DNA of 64,000 nucleotides from a bacterium (GCA_003251635.1 QKEW01000012.1:53333-117332), one strand, 5' to 3'; positions 48,451-58,418 are shown, numbered from the stretch's first letter. Notes: a model not told the origin generated them from the sequence alone. Translations and numbers: made by a program.

Positions 48451-49515
48451 TTATTTATTTAATTGCTCGTCAATCAGAGCCTTGAAGTCCTCATAGGTAG
48501 TCAAACCACCCACAAATTCATCTCCCACAAAAGCTGCAGGGGTTCCGCTGATTCCAAAGTCTTGGGCCGCTTGAACACTAGCATCAATCTTGTCTTGATA
48601 TTTAGCTGAATCCAAACATTCATTAAATTGCGTTGCGTTTAAACCAAGTTGACGGGCATAGGCTTTAAAAATTTGAGTGTCCTTGCTTGCGCCCCAGTCA
48701 TCCTGCGAAGAGAAAAGCTTATTGGCATAGTCCAAGAATTTTCCTTGTTCGTTAGCACATTCGCTAGCTAGAGCAGCGCTATTGGCTTGCAAATGAAAAC
48801 TCAAAGGCATCTGCTTGTACACGAAATAAACCTTATCGCCGTATTCCTTTAAAATTGGTTCGATCACGGTTGTGTGCATTTTGCTGCAGTAAGGACATTG
48901 AAAATCAGAATATTGAATGATGGTTACTTTATCATCTGATTGCTCACCTATTTTAATGTCATCTTCATTGATTTGAGGAGCTTCTATGTATTTGCAAGAA
49001 GCAATTCCAATCGCTTCAGAACTTAGCAAATATTGATCATCTTTCTTTTTGAAAACACTTTGAGCCTGAGGAAAAATTACTGATTCTTCAACTTCTTTAG
49101 AGAAAACAAAGAATGGAACTGATTTTATTTCATACTTTTCCGCTAGCATTTTGCCTTCTTCAGAATTGATATCTATCTTGTTTACCGCTACGGTTGGCAA
49201 ATCAGTTTTCAAAGCCAAGATAGCCTGAGAAACATCACAACTCTCAGAAGAATCGTCAGTTAAAACTTCTACGTTAATCATCGGCTCATCATAGGCCACC
49301 CAAGTTTTATCGTCCAAAGTAAAAACATCCGCTCCGTTTAGAACTTTTTGAGAAAAACCTTCGCTACGGAACATCTGAGCCACATCCACAAAAAGACTAC
49401 CCACAAAAAGACCACCCAATAAAATTGAAAGTGAAACCAAGTTCTTAACCAAATTTTTATTCTCTTTCTTTGAATGCGATTTTTCCTCCTTTTTTTGTTT
49501 ATCCTGCGTTTCCAT
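48451..49515 (-). CDS. DsbA family thiol-disulfide oxidoreductase with an extra degenerate thioredoxin domain
   Basis: N-terminal TM; YSDFQCPYC, ASECANEQGKF, GISGTP. Confidence 0.9.
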   Translation of the reverse strand: METQDKQKKEEKSHSKKENKNLVKNLVSLSILLGGLFVGSLFVDVAQMFRSEGFSQKVLNGADVFTLDDKTWVAYDEPMINVEVLTDDSSESCDVSQAILALKTDLPTVAVNKIDINSEEGKMLAEKYEIKSVPFFVFSKEVEESVIFPQAQSVFKKKDDQYLLSSEAIGIASCKYIEAPQINEDDIKIGEQSDDKVTIIQYSDFQCPYCSKMHTTVIEPILKEYGDKVYFVYKQMPLSFHLQANSAALASECANEQGKFLDYANKLFSSQDDWGASKDTQIFKAYARQLGLNATQFNECLDSAKYQDKIDASVQAAQDFGISGTPAAFVGDEFVGGLTTYEDFKALIDEQLNK

Positions 49516-49557
49516 ATTTTTTATTATTAATAATTTCTAGTTAGCCTGAACTTTTCT

Positions 49558-49860
49558 TTATTCTTGAGCCTCTTCAACATTCTGCTCAGTTTCAGTTGTC
49601 TCTTGCTCCTCCATAGCCTCTTTTTGAGCCTGTTCTATCATATCAGCTTTCAATTGAGAAACATTATAATCATCAATTGCGGTCTTTACCTTGTAGTCAT
49701 TATAACCAATTGTAATTTTCTTTACAGCCTCACTTTTCAAAGTAATTCCCAACAAGATTCCCAACACAAAAAAAGAAATTAACTCGATTTTCAAGTCCCG
49801 TCTGGCTTTGCGAGCTTCCAAAACTTCGTCCGTCGAATTTTTTATGGCGTCCTTTTCCAT
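49558..49860 (-). CDS. single-TM hypothetical protein
   Basis: FFVLGILLGITLK TM, ITIGYNDY, acidic tail. Confidence 0.7.
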   Translation of the reverse strand: MEKDAIKNSTDEVLEARKARRDLKIELISFFVLGILLGITLKSEAVKKITIGYNDYKVKTAIDDYNVSQLKADMIEQAQKEAMEEQETTETEQNVEEAQE

Positions 49861-49962
49861 ATTTATCGTTCTTTATTAATTAACAACGTGTTTAGTTTAA
49901 CACAATTCGAAAACCCCAACAATATTGACGCTTATCGGTTTTTCCAGCATAATATCGGAAAA

Positions 49963-51228
49963 TTATTCTTTCCTCAGCGCTTCCATCGGACTAAGTTGAG
50001 CCGCTTTTCGAGCCGGATAATAACCAAACAAAATCCCAATCATAACCGAAAAACTAACTGCTAAAACAACTGCTTCTTTGGTAACGGAAAAAATCAAATC
50101 GTAGCCCAAGCTTTCCAATAAGCTTGAGATAGCCAAGGAAACCACAAAACCCAAAATGATTCCAATTAAACCGCCCAACAAAGTCACAATCACTGCTTCC
50201 AATAAAAATTGAAACATGATGTCACTTCCCTTGGCACCAACCGCCTTGCGCAGTCCAATTTCAAAAGTTCTTTCAGTAACCGCCACATACATAACATTCA
50301 TAATTCCAACACCTCCCACTAATAAGGAAATCAGCGTTATAGACAAAAGCAAGGCTTGGATAGCTCCAAAAACATTGCCAATAATTTTTCGAGCCTCTTC
50401 AATTGAAGTGACGGAAAAATCATCTTTGTTTGGGTCATCGATATTATGCCTTCGTCGCATCAATTCAGTAATTTCAACTGAAGTAGCTTCTACCAAATCA
50501 GGATTTTTCAGTTTAACCGAAATAAACTTCACGTGGTCAACTCCCAAGATTTTTTTCTCCAGAGTTTGAACTGGAATATAGATTATTTCATCAAAATTAA
50601 AAAAGGAAACAGTACCACGAGGTTCCAGAATTCCAATTACTTTGTAATTTTGTCCTTTGATCTTAAGATTTTTTCCCAAAGCTTCTTCATTGCCAAAAAT
50701 TTTCTCCTCAATATCGCTGCCAATTACCGCCACCTGGGCCAATTCCCGATCATCGTTTTGGGAATAAAAAACCCCTTCTTTAAGTTTAATGTTTTCATCA
50801 ACCTCGGAAGCGGCCGGACCAGCCCCAAAAAGCAAAGCCCGCTTATTTTCACTGCCGTAGCTAACAACTTCCTGACCGATCGTTCCAGCATAATAACTTT
50901 CCACGTTAGAAATTTTTCCGATAGCCTCAGCATCTTTGATTTTCAAAGTCGTAATCTCCACTCCCATTGCTTGAGTGGTAGCGTTTTCAGTCGAAGTTTT
51001 ACTAACCGACGGAACTTTAACTTCAACTTGTATGATATCGGTTCCGAAACTTTCAACTTGCCCCATCACAAAACTTTCCAATCCGCTACCGAATGACATG
51101 ACCAAAATGATCGCCGTAGTCGCTATGATAACGCCGAATAAGGTTAAAAATGTCCGACCCCAATTGGAATTTAAATTTTGGAAGGCCAGCTTCAACGAAA
51201 CTATATTTTTTTGCCAAAGTTTTTTCAT
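49963..51228 (-). CDS. MacB/FtsX-like ABC transporter permease
   Basis: RTFLTLFG, LLVGGVGIMNVM, ERTFEIGLRKAVGA, PARKAA..PMEALR. Confidence 0.93.
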   Translation of the reverse strand: MKKLWQKNIVSLKLAFQNLNSNWGRTFLTLFGVIIATTAIILVMSFGSGLESFVMGQVESFGTDIIQVEVKVPSVSKTSTENATTQAMGVEITTLKIKDAEAIGKISNVESYYAGTIGQEVVSYGSENKRALLFGAGPAASEVDENIKLKEGVFYSQNDDRELAQVAVIGSDIEEKIFGNEEALGKNLKIKGQNYKVIGILEPRGTVSFFNFDEIIYIPVQTLEKKILGVDHVKFISVKLKNPDLVEATSVEITELMRRRHNIDDPNKDDFSVTSIEEARKIIGNVFGAIQALLLSITLISLLVGGVGIMNVMYVAVTERTFEIGLRKAVGAKGSDIMFQFLLEAVIVTLLGGLIGIILGFVVSLAISSLLESLGYDLIFSVTKEAVVLAVSFSVMIGILFGYYPARKAAQLSPMEALRKE

Positions 51229-51241
51229 GCTAAGTAAATAT

Positions 51242-52483
51242 TTATTCGGATCTCAACGCTTCCATTGGAGAAATCTTAGCAGCTTTGAAAGCTGGATAAA
51301 TTCCGAAAATAATTCCAATTAAAATTGAAACTAGCGTTGCCAAAAAGATGGATAAAGGTGAAATAATAAAATCCCATTCATAGCCCAGTCTGGAAATTAT
51401 AACCGCCGCCAAAAAAGAAATGACGATTCCCAAAATAATTCCCACAATTCCTCCGATCACTGTCACAAAAATCGCCTCGGCTAAAAATTGAACTATGATG
51501 TGATAGTTGTGAGCCCCGACTGCTTTTCTAAGTCCAATCTCCTTAATTCTCTGATTAACTGAAATCAGCATGATATTCATAATCCCAACCCCACCAACTA
51601 TCAAAGAAATTGCCGCGATTGATACTAGAAAAAATTTCAACACATTGGTAACATTGGTCAGAACCGACGTAGCCTGAGCCACGCTTCTTACGGAAAAATC
51701 ATCTTCTTGATCAGTTTTTAAATTGTGCATCTCTCTCAAGGTGGCCTTGATGTCCACCATAGCTCTTTCCAAATTCTGGGTATTATTAATTTTTATTCTG
51801 GCAAAATTCAGATAATCAATTCCCAGCAAAATTTTCTGAGCTGTAAAAAGCGGAATATAAACAGCCTGATCACTATTGGAAAAAGCTACCGATCCTCTCT
51901 TTTTCAAAACTCCAATAACCGTAAAATTAGAATTACCCAGGGTTACAATTTTTCCCAAAGGATTTTGATTGGGAAAAATTTCCTGAGCCCGATCATTACC
52001 CAACACCATGACTCTGGCCAAATTTCTTTCCTCCTCTTGGGTAAAAAATCGACCTTCTTCCAACTCGACATTTTCCACATCAATAAATCCAGCCGTAACT
52101 CCTTGATAGCTAACACTACCCGAAAAACTTTCATACTTTAAAATCCCCACCCCACTCACGTAACCTGCCACCTCCTTTACGTTCGGAACATTTTTAGTTT
52201 TGGCAATGGCTTGCAGATCACGATATTTCAAGGTGGTGGTCACCACGCCCAAAAGCGAAGCTGGTGGACCTTTTTCATCGGCAGCTCCCGGCAAAACTCC
52301 AATCAAATCACTGCCAATTCCGCTAACCTGATCCAAAACCAACCGCTGAGCGCTTTCTCCGATTGACATGACGATTATGACAGCCGCTACTCCAATAATA
52401 ATTCCCAAGATAGTCAAAAAAGAACGCAGTTTGGCTGCCATTAAATTCTTGTAGGAAATTTTAATCGGAGCAATAACTTTCAT
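51242..52483 (-). CDS. MacB/FtsX-like ABC transporter permease
   Basis: RSFLTILGIIIG, VGGVGIMNIM, EIGLRKAVGA. Confidence 0.93.
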   Translation of the reverse strand: MKVIAPIKISYKNLMAAKLRSFLTILGIIIGVAAVIIVMSIGESAQRLVLDQVSGIGSDLIGVLPGAADEKGPPASLLGVVTTTLKYRDLQAIAKTKNVPNVKEVAGYVSGVGILKYESFSGSVSYQGVTAGFIDVENVELEEGRFFTQEEERNLARVMVLGNDRAQEIFPNQNPLGKIVTLGNSNFTVIGVLKKRGSVAFSNSDQAVYIPLFTAQKILLGIDYLNFARIKINNTQNLERAMVDIKATLREMHNLKTDQEDDFSVRSVAQATSVLTNVTNVLKFFLVSIAAISLIVGGVGIMNIMLISVNQRIKEIGLRKAVGAHNYHIIVQFLAEAIFVTVIGGIVGIILGIVISFLAAVIISRLGYEWDFIISPLSIFLATLVSILIGIIFGIYPAFKAAKISPMEALRSE

Positions 52484-52494
52484 GAAGATTCGGA

Positions 52495-53226
52495 TTATTT
52501 GAGTAAGCTTTCTTCACTTTTAGCGATCATGCGATCTTTTACTGCTTCATCTGACACAATCTTCCCGTCTTTCATGAGCAAAATTCGCTTGGCATGTTTG
52601 GCGGTGTAAGTTTCATGAGTAACCAAAATTATGGTTCGTCCTTGATTATTAAGATCCTGCAAAATCCTCATGATTTGAAGTCCGGATTTGGAATCCAAAT
52701 TACCAGTTGGTTCATCGGCGAAAATAATTTCCGGATCATTAACTAAGGCCCGAGCGATTGCCACCCGCTGCTTTTCTCCTCCGGATATTTGATTAGACAA
52801 ATAATCAATTCGGTGTTCCATATCGACAGAACGCAAAGCCTTTTGAATTTTTTGAGAATTATCCGAGATCATCTCGATATGATTTTCGTCATAGAGAAGA
52901 GGCAACTCCACGTTTTCATAAATTGTTGTGCGCGGCAACAGATTAAAAGATTGGAAAATAAATCCGATTTTTTGATTGCGAATCCGGGCCTTTTCATCAT
53001 CGGAAAATTTGTGCACTTCTTGGTTTTCAAAAAAATATTCTCCACTACTGGCATTCTCCAAAAAACCCAAGATTTGCATCAAAGTTGATTTGCCACTGCC
53101 TGACGGACCCATAATCGAAACAAAATCTCCTCGTTCAATAACAAAAGACGCATCTTTCAATGCGTGTGTTTTTATTTCCCCATCTCCATAAATCTTATTC
53201 AAATTGTGAACTTTTATCAGACTCAT
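52495..53226 (-). CDS. ABC transporter ATP-binding protein (MacB/LolD-like)
   Basis: [29 protein letters not shown]. Confidence 0.95.
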   Translation of the reverse strand: MSLIKVHNLNKIYGDGEIKTHALKDASFVIERGDFVSIMGPSGSGKSTLMQILGFLENASSGEYFFENQEVHKFSDDEKARIRNQKIGFIFQSFNLLPRTTIYENVELPLLYDENHIEMISDNSQKIQKALRSVDMEHRIDYLSNQISGGEKQRVAIARALVNDPEIIFADEPTGNLDSKSGLQIMRILQDLNNQGRTIILVTHETYTAKHAKRILLMKDGKIVSDEAVKDRMIAKSEESLLK

Positions 53227-53253
53227 CTCTTTAATCTTAACTTATTTTTAAAA

Positions 53254-54585
53254 TCAACTCTGAGTATCGGATGAAAAAGTTATGACCTCTTCGCCACCAC
53301 TAAGACCGGAAATGATTTCCACCATTCCCTCATCACCTTCAAGACCGGTTTCTACCCAGATCCGCTCAACCTCATTTTTAGGTTGCAAAACTTCCACGTA
53401 TTTTCTTTTTCCTTCTAATTTTATAGCCCTAGAAGGAACTTGAACTACGTTGTCTTTTTGAGCGGTCACAATGTCAACATTGACGCTCATACCCGGTTTC
53501 AATTTCGGTGAAACATCTTCTATTTTTAGCTTTACTCGATAGTAAACAACATCCTGAATAATAGTAGCGTCTGTGTCGATCTGCACAACCTCGGCCGAAA
53601 AAACATCCTCCAAATCCAGAGCATCAAAAGTAATTTGAGCTTTGTCACCCAAAGAAACCTTGACGATATCTGACTCAGGAATGTTTGATTCCAAAATAAA
53701 ATCATTAGCGATAACCTTGGTGAAAGATTCCTTGATCACGCCAGTCCCCAGTACTTCTCCCGTCTTGTTGTTGATTTTGGTAATCTTCCCATTGACCGGC
53801 GATTTTAAGGTGGCTTTAGCCAAATTTTCTTGAGCAATTTCATAGGCCGCCTTGGCGGATAAAACCGAAGCGTCATTAACGGTTTGAGTATATTTGGATT
53901 TGAGAGTTTTCAATTTTGCTTCAGCGCTGTTCAAAGCATTTTCTGCACTTGTCTTGGAAAGATCAGCCTGACTTTCAGCAACCTCTTTATTTTTCTGAGC
54001 ACTTTCGTAGGCATTTAAAGCGCTTTGCAAAGACAGATAGGCATATTTAGCTGTTGAACTGCCTTCCCCGCTGTCATCAACTATTTGATCATAATAATCT
54101 TGGGCTGCTTCATAGTAATCTTTAGCATTATCCTTAGCTGTCTCGGCCGCCGCCAAATTCTCTTCGTTAAGATCTTTGGTGTCATCCAAAAAATCTTCAG
54201 CATTTTCAACCGAAACCTCCATTTCTCGAATCGCATCATCATTGCCTCCAGATTTAGCTACCGCCGCATCCCAAGCAGCCTGAGCTTGAGTTAACTGAGA
54301 ATTTAAAATCGGATTATCAATCATAGCAATCGAATCACCGGCCGCCACCGTCTGACCTTCACGAACAAAAATCGTGCCGATGCGTCCACCAATTTCAAAA
54401 TTCAAAGTAATTTCCCGTTCATCCGTCAAATCTCCAGTGGAAGAAACAGTTTGTACCAAAGGGCCAACCTGAGCGGCTTCGGTCGTATAGGTCACGGCTG
54501 ATTTTTTTGGTCGGAAAATAAAAAACAAAATTAAAACCAGAGCAACTATGACTAAAATCCAAATGATCTTTTTCTTTTTTGACAT
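53254..54585 (-). CDS. efflux periplasmic adaptor / membrane fusion protein (MacA-like)
   Basis: N-terminal TM, lipoyl-like VREGQTV..GD, long helical hairpin, SPVNG, LKPGMS, EIISGL. Confidence 0.9.
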   Translation of the reverse strand: MSKKKKIIWILVIVALVLILFFIFRPKKSAVTYTTEAAQVGPLVQTVSSTGDLTDEREITLNFEIGGRIGTIFVREGQTVAAGDSIAMIDNPILNSQLTQAQAAWDAAVAKSGGNDDAIREMEVSVENAEDFLDDTKDLNEENLAAAETAKDNAKDYYEAAQDYYDQIVDDSGEGSSTAKYAYLSLQSALNAYESAQKNKEVAESQADLSKTSAENALNSAEAKLKTLKSKYTQTVNDASVLSAKAAYEIAQENLAKATLKSPVNGKITKINNKTGEVLGTGVIKESFTKVIANDFILESNIPESDIVKVSLGDKAQITFDALDLEDVFSAEVVQIDTDATIIQDVVYYRVKLKIEDVSPKLKPGMSVNVDIVTAQKDNVVQVPSRAIKLEGKRKYVEVLQPKNEVERIWVETGLEGDEGMVEIISGLSGGEEVITFSSDTQS

Positions 54586-54591
54586 GATTAT

Positions 54592-55023
54592 TTAAAAAAA
54601 TGATTCCTGCTTTTCTCTTTCGTCTAGAACTTTATTAACCAAAGCGTCAGCAATCGTATTTCTTTCACGTGGAACATGCAAAAATTCCACTTTGGCAAAA
54701 TCCAACATCAAGTTCCAGACTTCCAAAAATAATTCCTGAATATGTTTTTCCTTCAAGCGATATTCGTGTTTGAGTTGTTTGACAACCAGTTCACTATCCA
54801 GATGACATTTAACTGAACTTTTCTTGGCCTGATCTTTTCCCAGTTCTTTTTTCACAGTCTGCAAACCAAAAATCAAAGCCGCGTATTCAGCTTCATTGTT
54901 GGTTTTAATTCCAATATACTTGCCGATTTTTTTTCCTAAAGTTTCAATGTAAACGCCAATAGCTGCCTCCCCCGGATTATTGCGAGAACCGCCATCGGTG
55001 TACATCACGATTTCTTTTTCCAT
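54592..55023 (-). CDS. rnhA: ribonuclease HI family protein
   Basis: YTDGGSRNNPG, TNNEAEY, DSELVVKQ, HVPRERN..AD. Confidence 0.9.
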   Translation of the reverse strand: MEKEIVMYTDGGSRNNPGEAAIGVYIETLGKKIGKYIGIKTNNEAEYAALIFGLQTVKKELGKDQAKKSSVKCHLDSELVVKQLKHEYRLKEKHIQELFLEVWNLMLDFAKVEFLHVPRERNTIADALVNKVLDEREKQESFF

Positions 55024-55064
55024 ATTCCGATTTTAACACTTTCAAGCAAAAACTACAAATGACC

Positions 55065-55841
55065 CTAAATCAAACGAGCCACCAAATAACCGACATCCAA
55101 AGGATATTCATAACTAATTAAATTAAACTGATATTTTTCCTGATACAAAATTCCCAGCATCATCAAAAATGACCGAAGCCCACACTCTTGAACCTGTTCT
55201 AGAGCCTCTCTTTCCATTGAAACCAGCGCCTCGATGTCCCGATTGGCCAAATGATGAATTGCCCAATAGTCGAAAAATCTTCCTTTTTTATCATCATCTG
55301 TAGAATTTTGAAAACCTTTTCGGTGAGAGAGTTCGCCACTAGCCAAAATGGCAATTCGCCTTTTGCTTTTGCGAAAAATATTGGACATGATCTCCCCATA
55401 TTCATAGTGTTTTTGAAAACTTAATTTGGAATGGGAAAGATGAATAATTCTGGGGTTTATATTTTTCAAAAGAAAACTTAGCGGCACCAGAGCCCCATAG
55501 TCCAATTCGTTTTCGTGAAGGTGCACGAAATGATCCACCAACTCGCAAGAATATTTTATCTTTCGCACGAAATCCAAATCGTTTTTTAGGCGCATCTTTT
55601 TTCCGGCCTCAAAATTGGCGCTTGGATTTTTCAAAACCGAAGCTGAGTTTATTACAAAATGGTAATCTTCCATCTGGGCGTGCGGAGAAATCAACACAAT
55701 CACCTCCGGCTTGGTTTTTTCCAAATTCAAACGGAGCTGGTCTAAGGCCAGACGTGTCTTTTTTAGTTTTTCCGGTGAATTTTTACCGGATTTTCCCACC
55801 AGATAAAACGAGTGTGGAACAATTGAAGCAAAAACTATCAT
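55065..55841 (-). CDS. LigB/MEMO1-like protein (AmmeMemoRadiSam protein B-like), metal motifs partly degenerate
   Basis: VPH, ISPH, LDYGALVPL, ASGELSH, ECGLRS, YE.P..VGY. Confidence 0.75.
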   Translation of the reverse strand: MIVFASIVPHSFYLVGKSGKNSPEKLKKTRLALDQLRLNLEKTKPEVIVLISPHAQMEDYHFVINSASVLKNPSANFEAGKKMRLKNDLDFVRKIKYSCELVDHFVHLHENELDYGALVPLSFLLKNINPRIIHLSHSKLSFQKHYEYGEIMSNIFRKSKRRIAILASGELSHRKGFQNSTDDDKKGRFFDYWAIHHLANRDIEALVSMEREALEQVQECGLRSFLMMLGILYQEKYQFNLISYEYPLDVGYLVARLI

Positions 55842-55849
55842 GTTTTTTC

Positions 55850-55988
55850 AATTGAACTAACCCTCCTTGGGCTATAATAATTTATCCTTCGCAAATCTCA
55901 GTTTTTAGCTAAGTGGGACAAAAAAGGCAATCTCGAATCGAAAACAATTATAGCCCCCGGCAATGAACCGGCGGGAGCTAACTCAATT
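55850..55988 (-). ncRNA. candidate structured RNA of unknown class
   Basis: Nested long-range stems with G-U pairs favouring the minus strand; no ORF in the interval. Confidence 0.4.
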
Positions 55989-56042
55989 TTATTAAGATAC
56001 TTTTCAAATTTATTACAAAAGAAAAATTCAAAAATTTCTACC

Positions 56043-56070
56043 AAAAAACCACCCAAAGTAAGGGTGGTTT
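56043..56070 (-). terminator. intrinsic terminator after khpA
   Basis: AAACCACCC...GGGTGGTTT with T6 on the minus strand. Confidence 0.75.
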
Positions 56071-56106
56071 ATGGTCATTTCAAATCAGACCAAGCTGATT
56101 GAAAGA

Positions 56107-56439
56107 TTATATATTCAAATCGCCAACCACGTCATCAATGCTTTTTCCTGAAGATTTCTCTTCTTTTCTTGGTCGACTAGAACCTTCTGGTTCGTTGATT
56201 TTCAAATTTACACGTGCATTGTTTCTTGCACCAATCACTCTTAGAATAGTTCTTAGAGCTTTTGCTGTTTGACCTTCTCGGCCAATAACCATTCCCATGT
56301 CGGCTGGATTCACATCCAAGGTGATGAGAACGCCCATTTCATCAATTTTCCTCTCAACTTTAACATCTTCAGGATGATCAACGAGTGCCTTCACAGCATA
56401 CTCCAGAAAATCCTTGTCAGTTGCCCTTTCTTCTGTCAT
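56107..56439 (-). CDS. khpA: KH-domain RNA-binding protein KhpA (YlqC)
   Basis: KALVDHPEDV, DMGMVIGREGQTAKALR. Confidence 0.9.
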   Translation of the reverse strand: MTEERATDKDFLEYAVKALVDHPEDVKVERKIDEMGVLITLDVNPADMGMVIGREGQTAKALRTILRVIGARNNARVNLKINEPEGSSRPRKEEKSSGKSIDDVVGDLNI

Positions 56440-56522
56440 TTTAATTTTCTTAATGATTATTAGCTAGGAGCCTTTATTTAAGCGATTTATTGAAAAATCA
56501 CCAACTCACACTCCTCATTACA

Positions 56523-56551
56523 ATTATAGTTCAAAATTAAGTTTTTGTCAA
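56523..56551 (-). promoter_or_regulatory. consensus sigma70 promoter for khpA
   Basis: TTGACA-17 bp-TATAAT; the -35 overlaps the upstream gene's TGA stop. Confidence 0.85.
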
Positions 56552-57981
56552 TTTCTCCTTTTTCGAAATAAAGCCCGAATAGTTTTGAGTGAAATCAGAA
56601 TATCCAGCCAAAAAGTCCAATTTTCGATATAATAAACGTCCAGTTTGTACTCATCCTCAAAGTCCAGATCGCTACGGCCGCTAACTTGGGCCATGCCACT
56701 GATGCCCGGCTTGATTGTCAAAAGGCGTCGGTGATATTCATTATATTTTTCCACTTCCCTTTCCTGATGGGGACGCGGCCCTATCAAACTCATTTCTCCC
56801 TTCCAAACATTGAAAAGCTGCGGCAATTCATCCAGGGAATATTTTTCAATAAAAGACCCGATTGCGGTTTTGCGAGGATCATTTTTAATTTTATAGAGAG
56901 GTCCCTTTCTGATGGAAAGCTTTTCAATCAATTCTTTTTCATATTCTAAAGCCTTTTTTCCATCCTCAGTATCCGAAAAAGTACAAAATTCCCATTTTAG
57001 ATAGCGGAATTTATAGACCGAGAATTTCTTACCATTTGAACCGATTCTTTCATTTTTATAAATTATCGGTCCGCCTTTTTTACTTTCCGACAAAGATTCA
57101 ATTTTGATCAAAATGGCAATCAGCAACATTATTGGCGATGAAATGACAATCAAAACTGAAGATCCAATCAGATCATAGGCTCTTTTGATAATCCGACCCC
57201 AACCTTCCAAGGGAGTGTTTTTAATTTCTATGATCGGTTCATCATTGAAAATTCCCATTTCCAATCTGGTGGTCTGCAAAGTGCTTGGAATAAACTTGAA
57301 AGCAATATTGTTTATAGCACAATAATCGATCAATTTTTCCTGTTCGTCATCAGTCAAAGTCGAATCACACAAAATAATCTCATCAATGCCTTCTTCATTT
57401 TTAATCTCTTTAATCCGACGAATACTGCCATTGTTTATGTGACTGACAATCCTATAGCCAAGTGCCGGATTATTCTTTATAGCCTGACTGACTTTGGTTA
57501 TTTTCCCATTATTGCCAATCAGAAGAACTCGATGGACTCCAAGACCTTTTTTGACTAAAAGATTTTTCTGAATTTTTTGCAAAACCCAGCGGCCGAAAGT
57601 CACATAGGCTACTGCCAAAAACCAGCCAGCTAAAATTATAAAACGGGAAGAAAACCATTCCCTCTTCAAAAAGATGGCCACGATAATCGTCATCAACCCA
57701 ATTGAAGTAGCAGAAAAAACCTTGAAAGTTTCCTGCCAGAATTTTCGCGTGGTTTTGATGTTATAGAGGCCCTCCAAAGCATAAATTATTAGAAAAATCG
57801 GCACCACCAACAAAACCACCTTCATATAGGAGTTAAAAGAAAACACGTAGAGTTTAGGCCTCAAAACCAAAAGTTCCGGAATGTTACGAATTGCAAAGGC
57901 ACTGATTGCTGCCAAAAATATCATCAAAGCATCAATTGGCAATTGAATTCCACTGAAGATCAGTTCAGATTTTTTTTTCAT
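56548..57981 (-). CDS. polyprenyl glycosylphosphotransferase (WcaJ/WbaP-like priming sugar transferase)
   Basis: Four N-terminal TMs, KRAYD, YKFR, DPR.T.IG, SLDELPQ, SLIGPRP, KPGISG.AQVSGRS. Confidence 0.93.
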   Translation of the reverse strand: MKKKSELIFSGIQLPIDALMIFLAAISAFAIRNIPELLVLRPKLYVFSFNSYMKVVLLVVPIFLIIYALEGLYNIKTTRKFWQETFKVFSATSIGLMTIIVAIFLKREWFSSRFIILAGWFLAVAYVTFGRWVLQKIQKNLLVKKGLGVHRVLLIGNNGKITKVSQAIKNNPALGYRIVSHINNGSIRRIKEIKNEEGIDEIILCDSTLTDDEQEKLIDYCAINNIAFKFIPSTLQTTRLEMGIFNDEPIIEIKNTPLEGWGRIIKRAYDLIGSSVLIVISSPIMLLIAILIKIESLSESKKGGPIIYKNERIGSNGKKFSVYKFRYLKWEFCTFSDTEDGKKALEYEKELIEKLSIRKGPLYKIKNDPRKTAIGSFIEKYSLDELPQLFNVWKGEMSLIGPRPHQEREVEKYNEYHRRLLTIKPGISGMAQVSGRSDLDFEDEYKLDVYYIENWTFWLDILISLKTIRALFRKRRN

Positions 57982-58018
57982 ATATTATTTTTATCATCAC
58001 TAATATCTGAAATTCACA

Positions 58019-58362
58019 ATCCATCAAGGCAAGCTATAAGCCGGATTCTGTCAGGGACAATCATTTATCTGGACCTATTGTTGCCAATAAGTTCGAGCGA
58101 CACAGACCGACGACTGGCGCCGGAATACGGTCTTGCATTCAGGCAAGGATTTAGCCGTTTCACCCCCTTGTTACCAAGGGACTTTCCCGCTTAAAAAGCG
58201 GGCTATTGATCTTGCGATCAAACACGTCTCTGCTCGCACCTCTAAGATTACTCTCGACGGGAGTTACCCGCTGCCCGCACCGATTTTTCAACCGATTGAA
58301 TGTCCGGACTTTCCTCTCTTGGTCCGAAAACCAAAGGTGATTGCCGACTTACCTTGATGGAT
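58019..58362 (-). ncRNA. rnpB: RNase P RNA
   Basis: GAGGAAAGUCC near the 5' end and ACAGAAUCCGGCUUA near the 3' end; long P1 helix AUCCAUCAAGG/CCUUGAUGGAU; TTGATT-17-CATAAT upstream. Confidence 0.95.
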
Positions 58363-58418
58363 CGCATCTTCCAGACATGCCGATATTATGACAGGTTTGG
58401 CTTAAAAAATCAAGGTTT

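Noticed and set aside
55955-55978. Fluoride riboswitch (GGCAATGA start on the + strand)
   Set aside because: The downstream pseudoknot and conserved 3' segment are absent, and there is no + strand gene to regulate.
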